Program-made: the position numbers and the translations under genes
Part shown: positions 36,322 through 48,426 of the stretch, in pieces
How the letters are laid out: every line of letters starts with the position of its first letter
Position numbering within the stretch: position 1 is the first letter of the stretch
NCBI GenBank assembly: GCA_008632985.1
Contig: QPGO01000039.1
Span: 496,001 to 560,000 of the forward strand
Direction of reading: 5' to 3'
From: Psammoneis japonica
Lineage: Eukaryota
Length of the DNA stretch: 64,000 nt
Notes under the pieces: generated by a model
What the model was told of the DNA's origin: nothing
Database searches by the model: none
The model's input: only the letters and a program-made list of their open reading frames with translations

Positions 36322-37958
36322 ATGTCACGGTCGTCCATACAAATACTCCTCTTTGTGGCGTTTGTTGTTGTCCTGGTTCTCCTGTCAGGAGTGAACGAAG
36401 GTGAGCTAATCTTGACAAAGTGGGTTGAGTTAAGTACAACTTTCTTATTCATCCTTGCATTGGTTTCATTCTTTATTCAACGAATGTTACTCCTGTTTCC
36501 GGCCACGTAGACATCCTTCCTCTGAGAAACCTTCGTGGTGATTCGATCTTGTCTCGGAGCGAAAAACATAGTGTGAATATCGCGCCGAATGAGCTTGGAA
36601 AGTCCCGTGCGCTTAACGATGGGGGCACGGTCGGAACGTTCCCCATTGTACGAAAAGTTAAAAAAGTCTCAGCAAGCCGTAATGAGGGAGAATTCAGACC
36701 CACCCACCTTGTCGAAGCGCGCATGGTGAAAACAAATAGTCAAGGTCGACCCGAAAAGAGTTCCAAACCTGCTAACGCTGCAAAGCCTCAACAAAACGAA
36801 AAGCCTACCATTGGAGGGACGACCCCAGAAAAGATGCCAAAGCATATTAAGCCTGAACCTAAACGCCCGGAGACTCCGATAGACGGCATCCGAAATAAAA
36901 ATAGCCTGGGTGTTGAGCATTCACATCCTGCTGCTCATGGGAAGCCCATTGTGGTGGAGAAGCAACGCCAACCTGAAGTGAAGGAAAAGTCACACCCAGT
37001 ACACGACAAACACCGTAAACCTGGCACCACTGTCGAGAAAAAATCTGCAGTGACCAATTCCCACCGCAAGCCTACTATCACCGACCAACCCAACGGCAAA
37101 CCGCCTCAAGGAAAGCCTGTTGATACGCCAAAAAACACCTTTGGTCTCGAAACAAAGCCGGGACCAGCTTTGGCTGTGACTAAAACCCGTAAACCAACTG
37201 ACGACATGCCAGCTGGCACGGCTCCAAAGCTTACTTATGGGGGTGAGAAGAAGCCTAATCCAGCAGTTAAAGGAGACAACAACGGTAACTCCCCAGGCTG
37301 GAAGCCTAAAATCAATCCTTCTGAGAACGATTCGCAGCGGAAGCCTCAGCCCTGGAGCGGTGGAAAAAGTCTAGGACATTGGAATCCCAGCTCCAACAGC
37401 CAGCCCAACATTAGCACATCCAACAAAACAACACGTGATCAACCAACTAAACCGTACACGAAAAAGGCGCATCCGTCTCCTCCCGTTAACAAGAAACGTG
37501 AGCCACCGACTCAACCTCACGTCAAAGAAATGCGTCCTCTTCCTCCAGTCGAAGAAACAAGAGAAAGCACTAAAACCAAGCCCGAGTCACAAGGGCCTCA
37601 TAAAACACCACATGGCACTATAAGGAAGCCAGAGTCACCGGGTAAGCCCACTGGCAACACCCAGCCTAGGACAGGAACGCCAAAGATTGACAGTCCCGGG
37701 CAGTTCCGTGAAAAAAAGAATACCCAAGGCCAAGAAAGCGTCATGTCAAGTATTGGAAGACAACCTGCGCCAGCCCAAAAGCCTCCGGATAAACCGGAAA
37801 CGGTGATTGAGAACCATTATCCACCAAAGAAGCATCCTAAAGGACATCAGAAGCAGATTGTCGACCATGAGAACAAAAGGCAGCATCCCAAGCCTCCCGA
37901 GCCGAAAGCGCTAAAAGTACAATCGGTAGTGACGAATGGAAGTACCGAGCCTACCTAG
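36322..37958 (+). CDS. Secreted or anchored P/K-rich low-complexity protein (intron 36401-36510)
   Basis: The signal/TM exon splices in frame (GTGAG..TAG) into the 469-aa P/K-rich ORF. Confidence 0.65.
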
Positions 37959-39671
37959 TTGGAAGAATGAAATACAAGTCCGTCATGAAGAAAGAGCAAT
38001 GCGAGCAATTTGAAGCACCGAAGCAGAAGCTGTGTCAAAAGGTTGTTTCGTGTGTTGATGGAATGTGCTTTGAAAGCATACAAGCTGCCATGGACTCAAC
38101 GACATGTGGAGATTGTGACATCTCTACGGAAGAAATCAGTCATGCTATGCCAACCGATTAGGCCAAGCAGCTGCGACACTGTCGTTAGAGCCATTGTTGC
38201 GACTATATCGCAAATTAAATTGAAATAGCTATTCGTTATTGTCGCGAGCAACAACATTCCCCACCAGAATTTTGAAGCCGATGTTGGACTTGGACGAATT
38301 CAATGCCATTATGATTTGGAAAAAGTTCCACAGAGTCGCGAAATTGTCTCTCTCGGGTATGGATTTTGATCTCGTCACTACTGGTGACTCGATACAGGAA
38401 GAGCGAGTCCAGCGATTGCTTTCTTCGTTTCTTTTCTTGAACGATTGCGCTGGATCAACATTGCAATTCAATCCAATCCTAAAAATTACCCAGTTAACTA
38501 CAGTTGCCGCCTGAGGCTTCTGAGGTAGCCCATAGCGTGAAACTAGGTTACGAGCCCAACCTCATTGGCGGCTAAGTGGTATCCGTTCTTGAAGATAATC
38601 TGACCGAGAACACCAGTTTGAGATGGAATGCTAGGTCGGAAAATGTACAATGTCTTGTGTACCAGAACACGAGACTATGCCATCACACCTTCCGTTCACA
38701 TACTTGCCGACATATCCAGTGACAATCTAGCTTTCAAAGGTGTAGCTAACGACGAAGACTGCTGGAAACATCAGTTGTCTTTCCGAACTTCCTTCTTAAT
38801 GACTTTCACCTCCCAAGACCCAAAATTGCCCTTGAGTAAAAAGCTCCCTGTACGAAAGCTGTCTTCGATGACAGTGCCCTCCTTTACACTGTCATAGTAC
38901 TTTTTATCCACGGGGATCTCAAAGGTCGCCGAGTTGAGGGATTCGGCAAGGTGATTTCGCCAATTCAGACTAAGACGTGATTGACTGATTCGATAGAGGT
39001 AACAATGTACCGCTTATGAGCTGCAATTGCATTCATATGCCTGCTCAAGGCAACCACAAGAATGGCAAAGAAGGTTGCCCCAGTTTTCATTTGAAAACAC
39101 TCAATTCCTTGTTGGCTTTACATGAGGGTTTCCACTGAACGGGAAACTCATGGTATGTGTCATTTCAGTTTCAGATTTTCCGGTATGGCTTTTGAACGAC
39201 TGAAAATAGAAAGAGAAGCGCTTACGCTTGCCGTCCCGACCATTTTGTGTGTGATGGCCATTCTGTGAGACGCCGCGCGATCGATCTTTGTTGCCCATGT
39301 TTTCAACGGATTCACTATCACGAAATGTGAAGTTTGGCGATCAAACAACTCTTACGAGCGCAATTAGGGACAATTTGGTAATATAGCCCCAACGAAGATT
39401 CATCGTGTTCAAAATGCGATATATGGACATTTTCGATTTGGAGATCAGAATTTGCCGCCAACGCCGGCCAACGCGCGCAAAACTGATGGTGATAACAGTC
39501 GAAAGCAGTACTGTAGGTCCTCTGTACTTGTACAGTGCCGCTAGCTAGCTAGATTTTTATGTCGACAACATGCAATAACATCATCAGCGACGACGACGGC
39601 AGTGCTTTCAACCAAAACTCGAAGCGATTCAGATAAAACCCGTGGCTTTTGTTTTCGAGAGAATAAATAGT

Positions 39672-40623
39672 ATGAGGTTCTTATTTCAACGAGATACTGC
39701 AGAAGTTTCAGCAATGGACTCCTCCTCCTCGCAATTCTCGTCTTGCGGCGATCTCGACATGGTGCATCATCCGAAAAAGCTCATGCTGCTGGAAAGCCCA
39801 GAATCCTTTTCGACTACAGACACGACTTTGGAAGAAGACGATGATATATTCGTGATGCCATTGGTTGTGGATGAAAAGCCATTGAGAATGACCTATAGCA
39901 GCGACTCATCTTCGTCTGAAGAAGCATCAAATATGGAAAACGAAACGAGTGAAAGGTATGCGGATCAAGACACTTGCGACTGCAGTGCCGACTCTTCGAT
40001 TGGATTCGTCATGGGTTATCCACAATTCGATGAATCGGCTACTGAAACACACCAAGTGACTTATCATGGAAGAAGAATTAGAAGAGGCAGTGGTGTTAGG
40101 TTTGGTAAGGTGGAGGTTCGAGAATACGAACGAACTGTTGGGGACAACCCGGTAGGTATTGAGATTGTTGTGGCTTGTCATGGTATCGCATCGTTATGTT
40201 CTTATGTCATTCTTTTTTCATCATTACAACTCTTAGGCGTGTTCCTCTGGGGCACCTCTTACGCTAGGATGGAGGTACAATCTTCCGCAAGAACAGATAT
40301 GGATCGACGAATACGAAGCTCTTCGAGCACCGGTAAGGCGCTCCAGTCGAAAGGCAATGGTTCTCAAAGCACGGGACCGTGACGAGTTGTTACGAAAGGA
40401 GTGGCAAGTATCACCAGCTCGTATTGAACGTGCAAGCAACCGAATGGCTTTTCTTCAACAGTTGCGCATGGACTCGCTGAATTATACCTGTATGGAACGA
40501 TTGGAGTTGGTTGGGTCTGTCTCCAAGAATTGTCTTGACAAAATCATACCAAAAAAGAAGAACAAGAGCAAACGTGACAAGCAAGGGGAGCTTTTGGGAT
40601 CCTTTTTGCCAATGGAAAAATGA
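39672..40623 (+). CDS. Diatom VRF...REY...GDNP family protein (intron 40152-40236)
   Basis: Spliced VRFGKVEVREYERTVGDNP|ACSSGAPLTLGWRY...IDEYE. Confidence 0.8.
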
Positions 40624-40864
40624 TGAATGGACTTGCAAAAGGTGCTACATCGTCAGCAAATTGTTCTCGTGTCTCTTTGCTACCAGTAACTACTTGTTCC
40701 GTGATCTCGCGCCGAGTTCCGACTTCTACATTAATACCTTTTTGAAATTCCTACATTAGGTAAAACTGATATGGTGTACAACCCACAGCTCTCGCACCTT
40801 TCGCTCGTAGTTTGGCTGCAGCTTTATGCAACAAAGAACATAGGTAGCTCGACCTACGAAGCGA

Positions 40865-41896
40865 TTAGAAACGGATATACTGCTCAAGTGGGAAACTTGA
40901 TTCTTGGAGCTCTTGGACCGTCTCTTCAATGTTGTAAATAACTTCCTTATGTGCGCTGGGTGGCGATCGCGTGTTGATCTTAGGACGCAAAACGTCCCGA
41001 ATCACATCTTCATTGACATTATCAATCAAGGAACTAGTCAAAGACACCCATGCCTGGACACTGTGGTCAAAGATGTTCTCGTCTAAAGTGGACGAAAACG
41101 CAAAGAGATCTTCATACGTCACACTCGTTCCGGGCAAGATCAAGTTACGCACTCGATTTATAATTCGCTTCTGAGACGTTTCCATGTGTCGGACACATGC
41201 ACTCGCCATGCCTGGCATAAAGTACGCCTGTGTCTTGACATCTCTTTGCTGCCGTCGCTTGAAACACAAGTCGGTTTCTGTTCCGTTATTTGCAAACACG
41301 GGATAACCGTACGTGTCCTTTTGCCCGAAACAATCACGTACCCGACACACACATCGATCCAAGGCGTTAGATCTGTACATGTGAGAAAAGGTAATACCGA
41401 TTTGTTGAAGACCATCCAAGAGAGGCTCACTGTGTACACTGGCTTTGAAATACAGCATTTGATTTTGCTCAACTGCCTCCTCGTGCATGAGACGCATAGC
41501 TTCTACAATTGTCTTTTCATACGTTGGATCTTGTTGCTGCTGCTGGTGGTGCTGAAGGAGGTTTTCGTAGGCTTTTCGGTAGAATTTGTTCTTACGAGGT
41601 ACCAGCAACTCGTGTGCTTCGACTGGATAGAGAATGTAACCATGAGCTTTCAAAACTTCCTTAATGATGCTACCTGTTGCAGAAGATCCCGAACATCCAG
41701 ATGAAATCAACGCCCTCATGCGAGTGTCTTGTAGAGCTGGTGGTGGCCTATGAAGTTCTTGAGAAGAAGAAGCAGAAAAAGAAACTTGATTATTTACATG
41801 CACCAGGACCCAAAAGGCCATGACAGCCGAGACTGTGAAAAAGATGGTGTGTCGCATAAGAGAGTATTTTGTAATGTTCGAGACTGCACTGAGCAT
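40865..41896 (-). CDS. Type II membrane sulfotransferase-like protein
   Basis: N-terminal TM, SGCSGSS PAPS-loop-like motif, YRSNALD, VTYEDL, IYNIEE. Confidence 0.55.
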   Translation of the reverse strand: MLSAVSNITKYSLMRHTIFFTVSAVMAFWVLVHVNNQVSFSASSSQELHRPPPALQDTRMRALISSGCSGSSATGSIIKEVLKAHGYILYPVEAHELLVPRKNKFYRKAYENLLQHHQQQQQDPTYEKTIVEAMRLMHEEAVEQNQMLYFKASVHSEPLLDGLQQIGITFSHMYRSNALDRCVCRVRDCFGQKDTYGYPVFANNGTETDLCFKRRQQRDVKTQAYFMPGMASACVRHMETSQKRIINRVRNLILPGTSVTYEDLFAFSSTLDENIFDHSVQAWVSLTSSLIDNVNEDVIRDVLRPKINTRSPPSAHKEVIYNIEETVQELQESSFPLEQYIRF

Positions 41897-42500
41897 TGTG
41901 GCCTTGGCTTTGTTTTCGTGTATCGACGAGTTGTGTGTTTCAGCGCTTACGTTCAACAATTATCATTGGTGAGCTTCGCAGTAAGCTTACTGTAAGCAAG
42001 TCGAGGAGGAAGGAGTCAAGGCAGTCAATCACCAATTACCCTGTCGCAGATCGCAGATCGCAGAGTGCGTTTCGCGAGACATCTATCGGTGCGGCGGTCA
42101 GCTCACATCTCACATCATCAGTGTTTTGTCGTCATCATCCGCGCCGCCCCCGAAGGCATCTGATACTTCTGGGGCAATTTGTATTTGAAATCCAACGACA
42201 GACGTCAATCCTACGACTTACCTACGTTGTCACGCTAGTAAGACAATATTGCATGTGAATAACATGCTATGTTTCGTATCAAATTATTCACAAATTAGTA
42301 AAAATAAATACATATGAAACGACATGGGGGCAATTGAAATTTTGAATTGAACCAGCCGTTCACTTTCTTTCAACTTGACCGTTCATGTCAGAAGCCGCGA
42401 AAGATACCGGGACCGCGAAACAGAAAATCTTTCTCATGTTTCACGAAGACAAAGTCCAAGTGGTGGTTGAGAAAGTTCAGAATAATACTCAGTGGCAAAC

Positions 42501-44550
42501 ATGGGAATACCGTATAAGGTAGCGTACTGCTTGGGGCTTCTGCTACTTTCAGACTTGGGGAGTGGGCAAGACTGGACACGGGTTCGAGGGACAAGACGAG
42601 GAACCATCAAAACCAAGCGATTCCCGAAGGAGATGTTGTTTTCTCTTGAAAACGGTATAGCTTTTGAGGAGGATACTTCTTACTGGGGCAGGCTTCTCAA
42701 TGAGATCAGCTTCTCAATGTCTTCGAGCCTAGAGCCAAAGAGATTGACTCCTACACTTCTCCCGTCGCCGTCTCCACGAGCCACCACCCCGACGGTACAG
42801 GACGCCACAAAACCTCCGACCCCGGTTCCGTCTTTGACCGAATTCGATCAAACCTTTGACACCCCTGGTGTATCGGCAACAACCGGCACCTTGTCGCCTA
42901 CAAGCATTAGTCGTGCAGCCCAGGTCGTCCTCTCTGTAGCACTCTTTGGCGGAGATGAATTCACTGAAGGTACCTACTATCAATCCAAGGCATTGACGTG
43001 GTTGGAACAAAATAGAGACGTTGACATTTACACCGATGAGCAAATCATTCAGAGATATTCCTTGGCTTGCGTTTTCTTTGCGACCTTTGGTGTTCCGAAT
43101 GGCTATACCACATCGGAGGTTTCAGGGTGGGACGTTTCAACCAACTGGATGACAAATGAACACGAGTGCACATGGTTTGGTATCTTTTGCAATGGAGATG
43201 GCTTTGTCTTTTCTATGGACCTTTCTTTTGTATGTACTTGCCTTAGCCTTTGCCATTGCTTTTCTTTGACATCGATCTCACTAGTCTGCTTGTCTTTCGT
43301 TAGAACTCATTGACAGGCGTCTTCCCACCGGAATCGACCTTGTTGAGCGATACTCTAGTAGACCTTCGGCTAACGGGAAACTTTCTTCATAATCATGGTG
43401 ATTTGTTCAATGCGTTCTTGGGCGAACTGACGAAACTTGAAGTACTCTTGATCGGTGATAACTTTTTCGAGAACGCAGGCATCCCGACAGAGATCGGGCG
43501 GCTGTCGAATCTAAAAGAGTTTGAAAGTTACTCCAATCAATGGACCGGTCCGCTCCGAGGAGAAATATTTGCCAACATGCCAAACCTTTTCTATATGGAC
43601 ATCTCGTTCAACAAGTATGATTCGCCAATACCAATGGAGATCGGAATGCTGCCAAGTATAGGTAAGCGTCCTGTGCGAAGATCGCATTTCTGGGCACAGA
43701 AAGCTTGAGGTTTCGCTTACCAGATACGCCCTACTCAACCTCTCTAAAACTCCTTGCTTCGATGCGATATACAGAATATCTCTACATTGAGAGTTCAAAC
43801 GTTACCGGGGATTTGTCGTACATGCTTCACCTCGACAACATTTGTGAGTCATCGTCAGTGATCCTCAAGTTCCTTTACCAGGGTATGATCATTATTGCAC
43901 CTAACCGTTTCTTTGTCCTCGTTGCAACAAAAAAGTGGAAAACTGGGTGGGCGGCAATCCGAATCTGAAAGGTTCCATCCCATCTTTCATTGGAAACATA
44001 AACACTCTCAGTAAGTTCTGTTTTGGGTTCGTCGCTTGTGAATTCGTAATTGAGGATTCTCACGATGTCTTCGCTCTTTTATCTTTCAGCAAGCTTTAAC
44101 GTTTACGGCTCAGGATTAACGGGGACACTGCCGACAGAGCTCGGATTGATTACACATATGAAGCAGTTGGTTCTAGATCGAAACGACTTTAATGGAACTG
44201 TGCCAACTGAGATAGGAATGATGAAAGAACTAGGTGAGTCGTCGGTGCTCTCAACAAGCTGTTCATACTATACCCATGACTTATCATTTTTTCACTGACT
44301 ACGCTTCATATATACAGAAACATTTCGGATAGAGGAAAACTCTCTTGATGGAGGAATGCCGCATCTGGTTTGTCATTTAGTAGACGACTACCTCTTGAGC
44401 GTTGTTTCGGCCGATTGCAACGATCCTGCCGTGTTCAATTGTTCGTGCTGTACAGAATGTTTTCCTTGCATTGGATGTGGTGGAGCCAATGGTGTACGGC
44501 ATGTAGAGAGACTTCCTCGTCAACACAAACGACTTCGGCGGGCCATCTAG
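42501..44550 (+). CDS. Leucine-rich-repeat receptor-like protein, 6 exons (introns 43230-43303, 43662-43774, 43844-43935, 44011-44089, 44234-44317)
   Basis: IIQRYSLACVFFAT, ECTWFGIFC cap, GTLPTELG and GTVPTEIG LRRs, C-terminal ADC...CSCCTEC. All five introns are GT-AG and in frame. Confidence 0.88.
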
Positions 44551-45231
44551 AGAGAGAGAGAGAGAGAGAGTAAAGAGCTCTCGCCCCATTATTCTTTGTA
44601 CAGTGACCCATCGTTTTTGTCTAGATGTAAGGTACATAAAGCACTCTCTGCGAGTGCCGTGCACTCCGTGTATTTAAGTTCTCTGTTTATCCGTAGATCT
44701 CGACATCCTTTATCGGCGAGGAAAAGAGGTTCTCCTATCGTTTCCTCCGATGGCTCTTCGCACCAGTCAACTGCTTTCTGGCTAGATCAAGCTATTATCG
44801 CGTTCCCGCGTTTCTCTCGCTTCTCTGACTAGGTACAGTACGAATGCATTCAATTCAGTTGAAGAATCAACAAAAACATAGGGGAAGCTGCGGCAGTCTA
44901 GTGCTTCAAGGAAGAGGCGCTAGTAGCTCGACATTTGTTGTAACACTTCTTTTTTTGTTACGAGTAATTCGCCAGCATTGCATGCTTCTGCCTCTCCCAC
45001 GAGATATCTCCGCAGGACAATACTGTAACCTAATCATAGTAGGGCGCTGTTGTTGCTAGAGAATAATATACTATCTGCCTCACTCTAGGGTGCAGTGAGG
45101 TCTAGAGAGAAAAGGGAAAAGCCTCCTCGAGAAAATGCACGTACGGCTATTCCTTTATCGCAATCTTTCCGCGCTCTTTCTTGTTAACTACTTTTTCGCT
45201 GCGTCACTCACCACAGCGATGCCAGATTTTC

Positions 45232-46599
45232 CTACAATTCTCTTGAACGCGTCGTTCGTGGTTTCACCACCTTTTTCTTTTTCAGAGTCGAATCCTCGTC
45301 GTCGTCGTCCACTTGGAACAAGTCTTCCCATCCACGTTCCGGAATCATGTCTTGTTTTCCATACTGATCTTCAATTGCCAGCTTGCCTTGCGTCTCTTCA
45401 TCATGATAAACATAATGGTGTTCGACACGTCGTGACACGGCCTTGGCACAGCGAAATCCAATGTTTCCCGTAGTCGTTGTTCCGTGTAGCGTTGCTCGTG
45501 ATCCACTCGTGGCAGCATGATTGTATTCGCCCGTGGGTGTATCCACGTAGGACGCTCCCCGCACAATGCGGGCTTGATGCTTTCCACCCCGTTGCCATTC
45601 CCACACGTTTCCAATCAAATCATAAAAACCCATGGAATTGGGGGGATAATGCGTCACGGGTGAGGTACCGCGCCACCCATCCTCAGCAGTGTTTTCAAAC
45701 GGAAAAGCACCCTGCCACAAATTGGCATACTTGACAGCATCTTTTTCCTCATTGCCCCACCAATAGGTGGTTCTATTGTTTGGACCATAATTCTGACTAC
45801 GCGAAGCAGCTTCGTATTCGCGTTCACCTGGAAGCCGTTTTCCGACCCAGGCACAATACTCGGCGGCATCGCGGTGTGACACATGCACCACGGGATGGTT
45901 CTCACGATACTTGTAGGATGAGTTGGGTCCCTCGGGACGTCGCCAATATGCCCCATCTACAGCCACCCAATGCTCAGCGTCCGGGTCCTTGTCGTGTGTG
46001 CCCTGCAGCTTGGAGGAAACAAAGGACTCTAGCACAAAGGACCATCCATAATGTTCCGCTTCTGTTTCATAGTGCGTACTTGCCACGAACTTTCCAAACT
46101 GCTTGTTGGTTACCAAGGTGGCATCTAAAAAGTAGGGCTCGACCGACACCACCTTTGTGGGTACTACGCCTCCGTCTAATTCATGAGTCTCGACATGACC
46201 ATAGGGTTTGGGGCCATCGCCGGGCTTTACTTTCCCATGACGGCGTTCCAATAACACCTCTTCTCGTGTTTTTTCGATTCGTTCTGGAACGTCATGATGA
46301 TGTAACAACTCATGCTCTGAAATACCCAAATGACTATCGTGTAGACTGGAACCAAAAATATACTTTAGGGAATTGTCGTGGTTATGAAAGCCCACCCGGG
46401 TACCGTTCTCGTGCAAGCGGCCCATGTAAATCATGCCTTCATAGTCTTCGTCGTTGGGATCCAAGTGTGGAGCGACATTGGCTCCGATAATGCTTTCGTC
46501 GTCATTACTGGTATAAGAAGGATCATCAGAGAGACACCTATTAACAAAAAGAGAAAAGCACGACAGGAAACACAAGAGCCGCAGCGGCAGCAACGTCAT
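45232..46599 (-). CDS. Formylglycine-generating-enzyme family protein, SUMF2/pFGE-like (no catalytic Cys)
   Basis: HPVVHVSHRDAAEYC, KRLPGEREYE, YDLIGNVWEW, RGASYVDT..GEYNH, NIGFRCA. Signal peptide and C-terminal REL. Confidence 0.85.
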   Translation of the reverse strand: MTLLPLRLLCFLSCFSLFVNRCLSDDPSYTSNDDESIIGANVAPHLDPNDEDYEGMIYMGRLHENGTRVGFHNHDNSLKYIFGSSLHDSHLGISEHELLHHHDVPERIEKTREEVLLERRHGKVKPGDGPKPYGHVETHELDGGVVPTKVVSVEPYFLDATLVTNKQFGKFVASTHYETEAEHYGWSFVLESFVSSKLQGTHDKDPDAEHWVAVDGAYWRRPEGPNSSYKYRENHPVVHVSHRDAAEYCAWVGKRLPGEREYEAASRSQNYGPNNRTTYWWGNEEKDAVKYANLWQGAFPFENTAEDGWRGTSPVTHYPPNSMGFYDLIGNVWEWQRGGKHQARIVRGASYVDTPTGEYNHAATSGSRATLHGTTTTGNIGFRCAKAVSRRVEHHYVYHDEETQGKLAIEDQYGKQDMIPERGWEDLFQVDDDDEDSTLKKKKVVKPRTTRSREL

Positions 46600-46792
46600 T
46601 GTCGATGTTTGATGATATGATTGCTACCGTATGCATGCAGCCAGCAAATTAAATGAGACAAAGCACGACGGCCTGAAACAGAATACGAAATTCAAAACAA
46701 ATGAATATGTTATTGAAACACCAAGGTATTAATTTCAATGAATGTTATTAATTCATGATGTTTTAAATAATTATGAGTTAGCCAGGGTAGGG

Positions 46793-47661
46793 CTAGTTGG
46801 TCGCGCACGTTTGGGTTCGATGTGATGAGCAACTAGCCATACCCTGCAGGAAGAGCTGTTGGTGGCGCGCGAGCAGAAGCAACAAAGCAAAGAACACGGC
46901 GTGGGTCAAAACGTAGTAAAATGACGCAACAACAAGCAACGAGAAGAAACCCAACTTGACCCATGAATACAGCGCATACATATTGTCCAACCACTTCAAT
47001 AGTATCTCGTATTCCCAACTTGTAGATGAGGGGACGGCGTTCGCGTTTCTCGCCATGGTGTTGTTGTGCGTTATCGTGTTGTTTGCGCGCGAAGAACACG
47101 GGATCTATTTATCCGATAGTGACTCTGTTTTGGTAATAGTAGATGTTTTACTATAAACAATATGAGGATATTTTGAGAAGCGCTTCGGGGCGACCCTGTT
47201 CGGACCGTTAAATAGAAATTTTTTTAAACAGATTCTAAAATGTGTTTCGGGGTGTTCCTCACTTTTTTGAATTTGGGTATGTATATTTTAAAGATCGAAG
47301 AAATATTAATGATATGTAAAATCCTCAGAGACCAACATAAATTTATGTTCCATGTAGACCGCGTAGATTGTGTACCGGCGGAAAATCCACCGCCTGTCAA
47401 CTCATCAGTAGTAATTCTACGTATATTCTACTTACACCTCACACACGCACACACGCCTACACAGTCTAATAACCGCGCACACGTGCGCGAGATAATGATT
47501 CTAGTACGAAAAAATGCCGTAGCCACAAGTAGCCACGCAAGATCCTCTGGATCTTTCTCGCTTATCGCATTACTTTTATTAGAAAATCTTTTCACAGCCA
47601 TGAGGGGTTTTGTTTTCCGCCGCTGAAGCACCTTCGCGACTCTCTCGTCAAACTCATGCAA
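46793..47661 (-). pseudogene. Small membrane-protein ORF interrupted by a Helitron
   Basis: Removing 47104-47504 joins ...ATAFFR|IPCSSRANNT...MARNAN in frame without stops (~155 aa). Confidence 0.4.
47104..47504 (+). mobile_element. Non-autonomous Helitron (401 bp)
   Basis: 5' A|TCTATTT. 16-bp palindrome CGCGCAC-AC-GTGCGCG at 47474-47489, followed 11 nt later by CTAG|T. AT-rich interior, no TSD. Confidence 0.75.
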
Positions 47662-48426
47662 TTACGCCAAATGAGACCAACAAAGACGTAGACTGCCTCG
47701 CAAAACATCGAGCAGTTGTTGCTGTTGTTGTGTGTTGGCGCCATAAATGTTCTTGAACATTTAACGTGACGTCATTCCGAAAGATGAGAACCATCATAAA
47801 GCAGGATCCCGCGACAGCGAATCACAAAACACAAAACTAACTCAATGAACAACAAAAGAACAAACCTGTTGCTTTTGGACGACGAATAACAAGAATGTGA
47901 GTCATTTTCAGTCGAGGCTGCTGTGAGCTGTGAGCTACGGGAAAAAATGTCCCATCGCTGATGCCTGATGCTGGTCCTTAGAAGCTACTTGCTTCGTCAC
48001 ATTGTACAATAGATAGAAAGCATCTCGAACGTTGTGAATGTTTAGGCACACTCGTGGTTGCGTGAACCGTGCGTCTCTTTTACCAAACTGAAGAAAGCCT
48101 TCACACAACTCGCAGAAAACAGCTCCATGTACTCGTAATTGTGCACTTTTGTTTGTTCTTGTGCGTTGTTGTTATCGTCACGTGCTTCTTCATGATGTGT
48201 TGGATAGCCACCGGAGAAGAGACGTAATGGACTGTGGCGGGGTTCGGGTTTTTATTGCCACCAAATACCCTGTCGAATATACGTGTATTGATAATGCGTG
48301 TGTTGTTTTTTTATCGACCGTGGTTGTCATAACGACACTTGTAAGACAAAATACCTTTCTAAACCTCCGTGGTATTCTCTGTGGCGCTCTTTAGAGCGAA
48401 GAGCAAGAGAGAAAGCAAAGAAACTC

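Noticed and set aside
37967..38897. Short ORFs downstream of the P/K-rich gene
   Set aside because: No recognisable domain or supported splice path; possibly a decayed extension.
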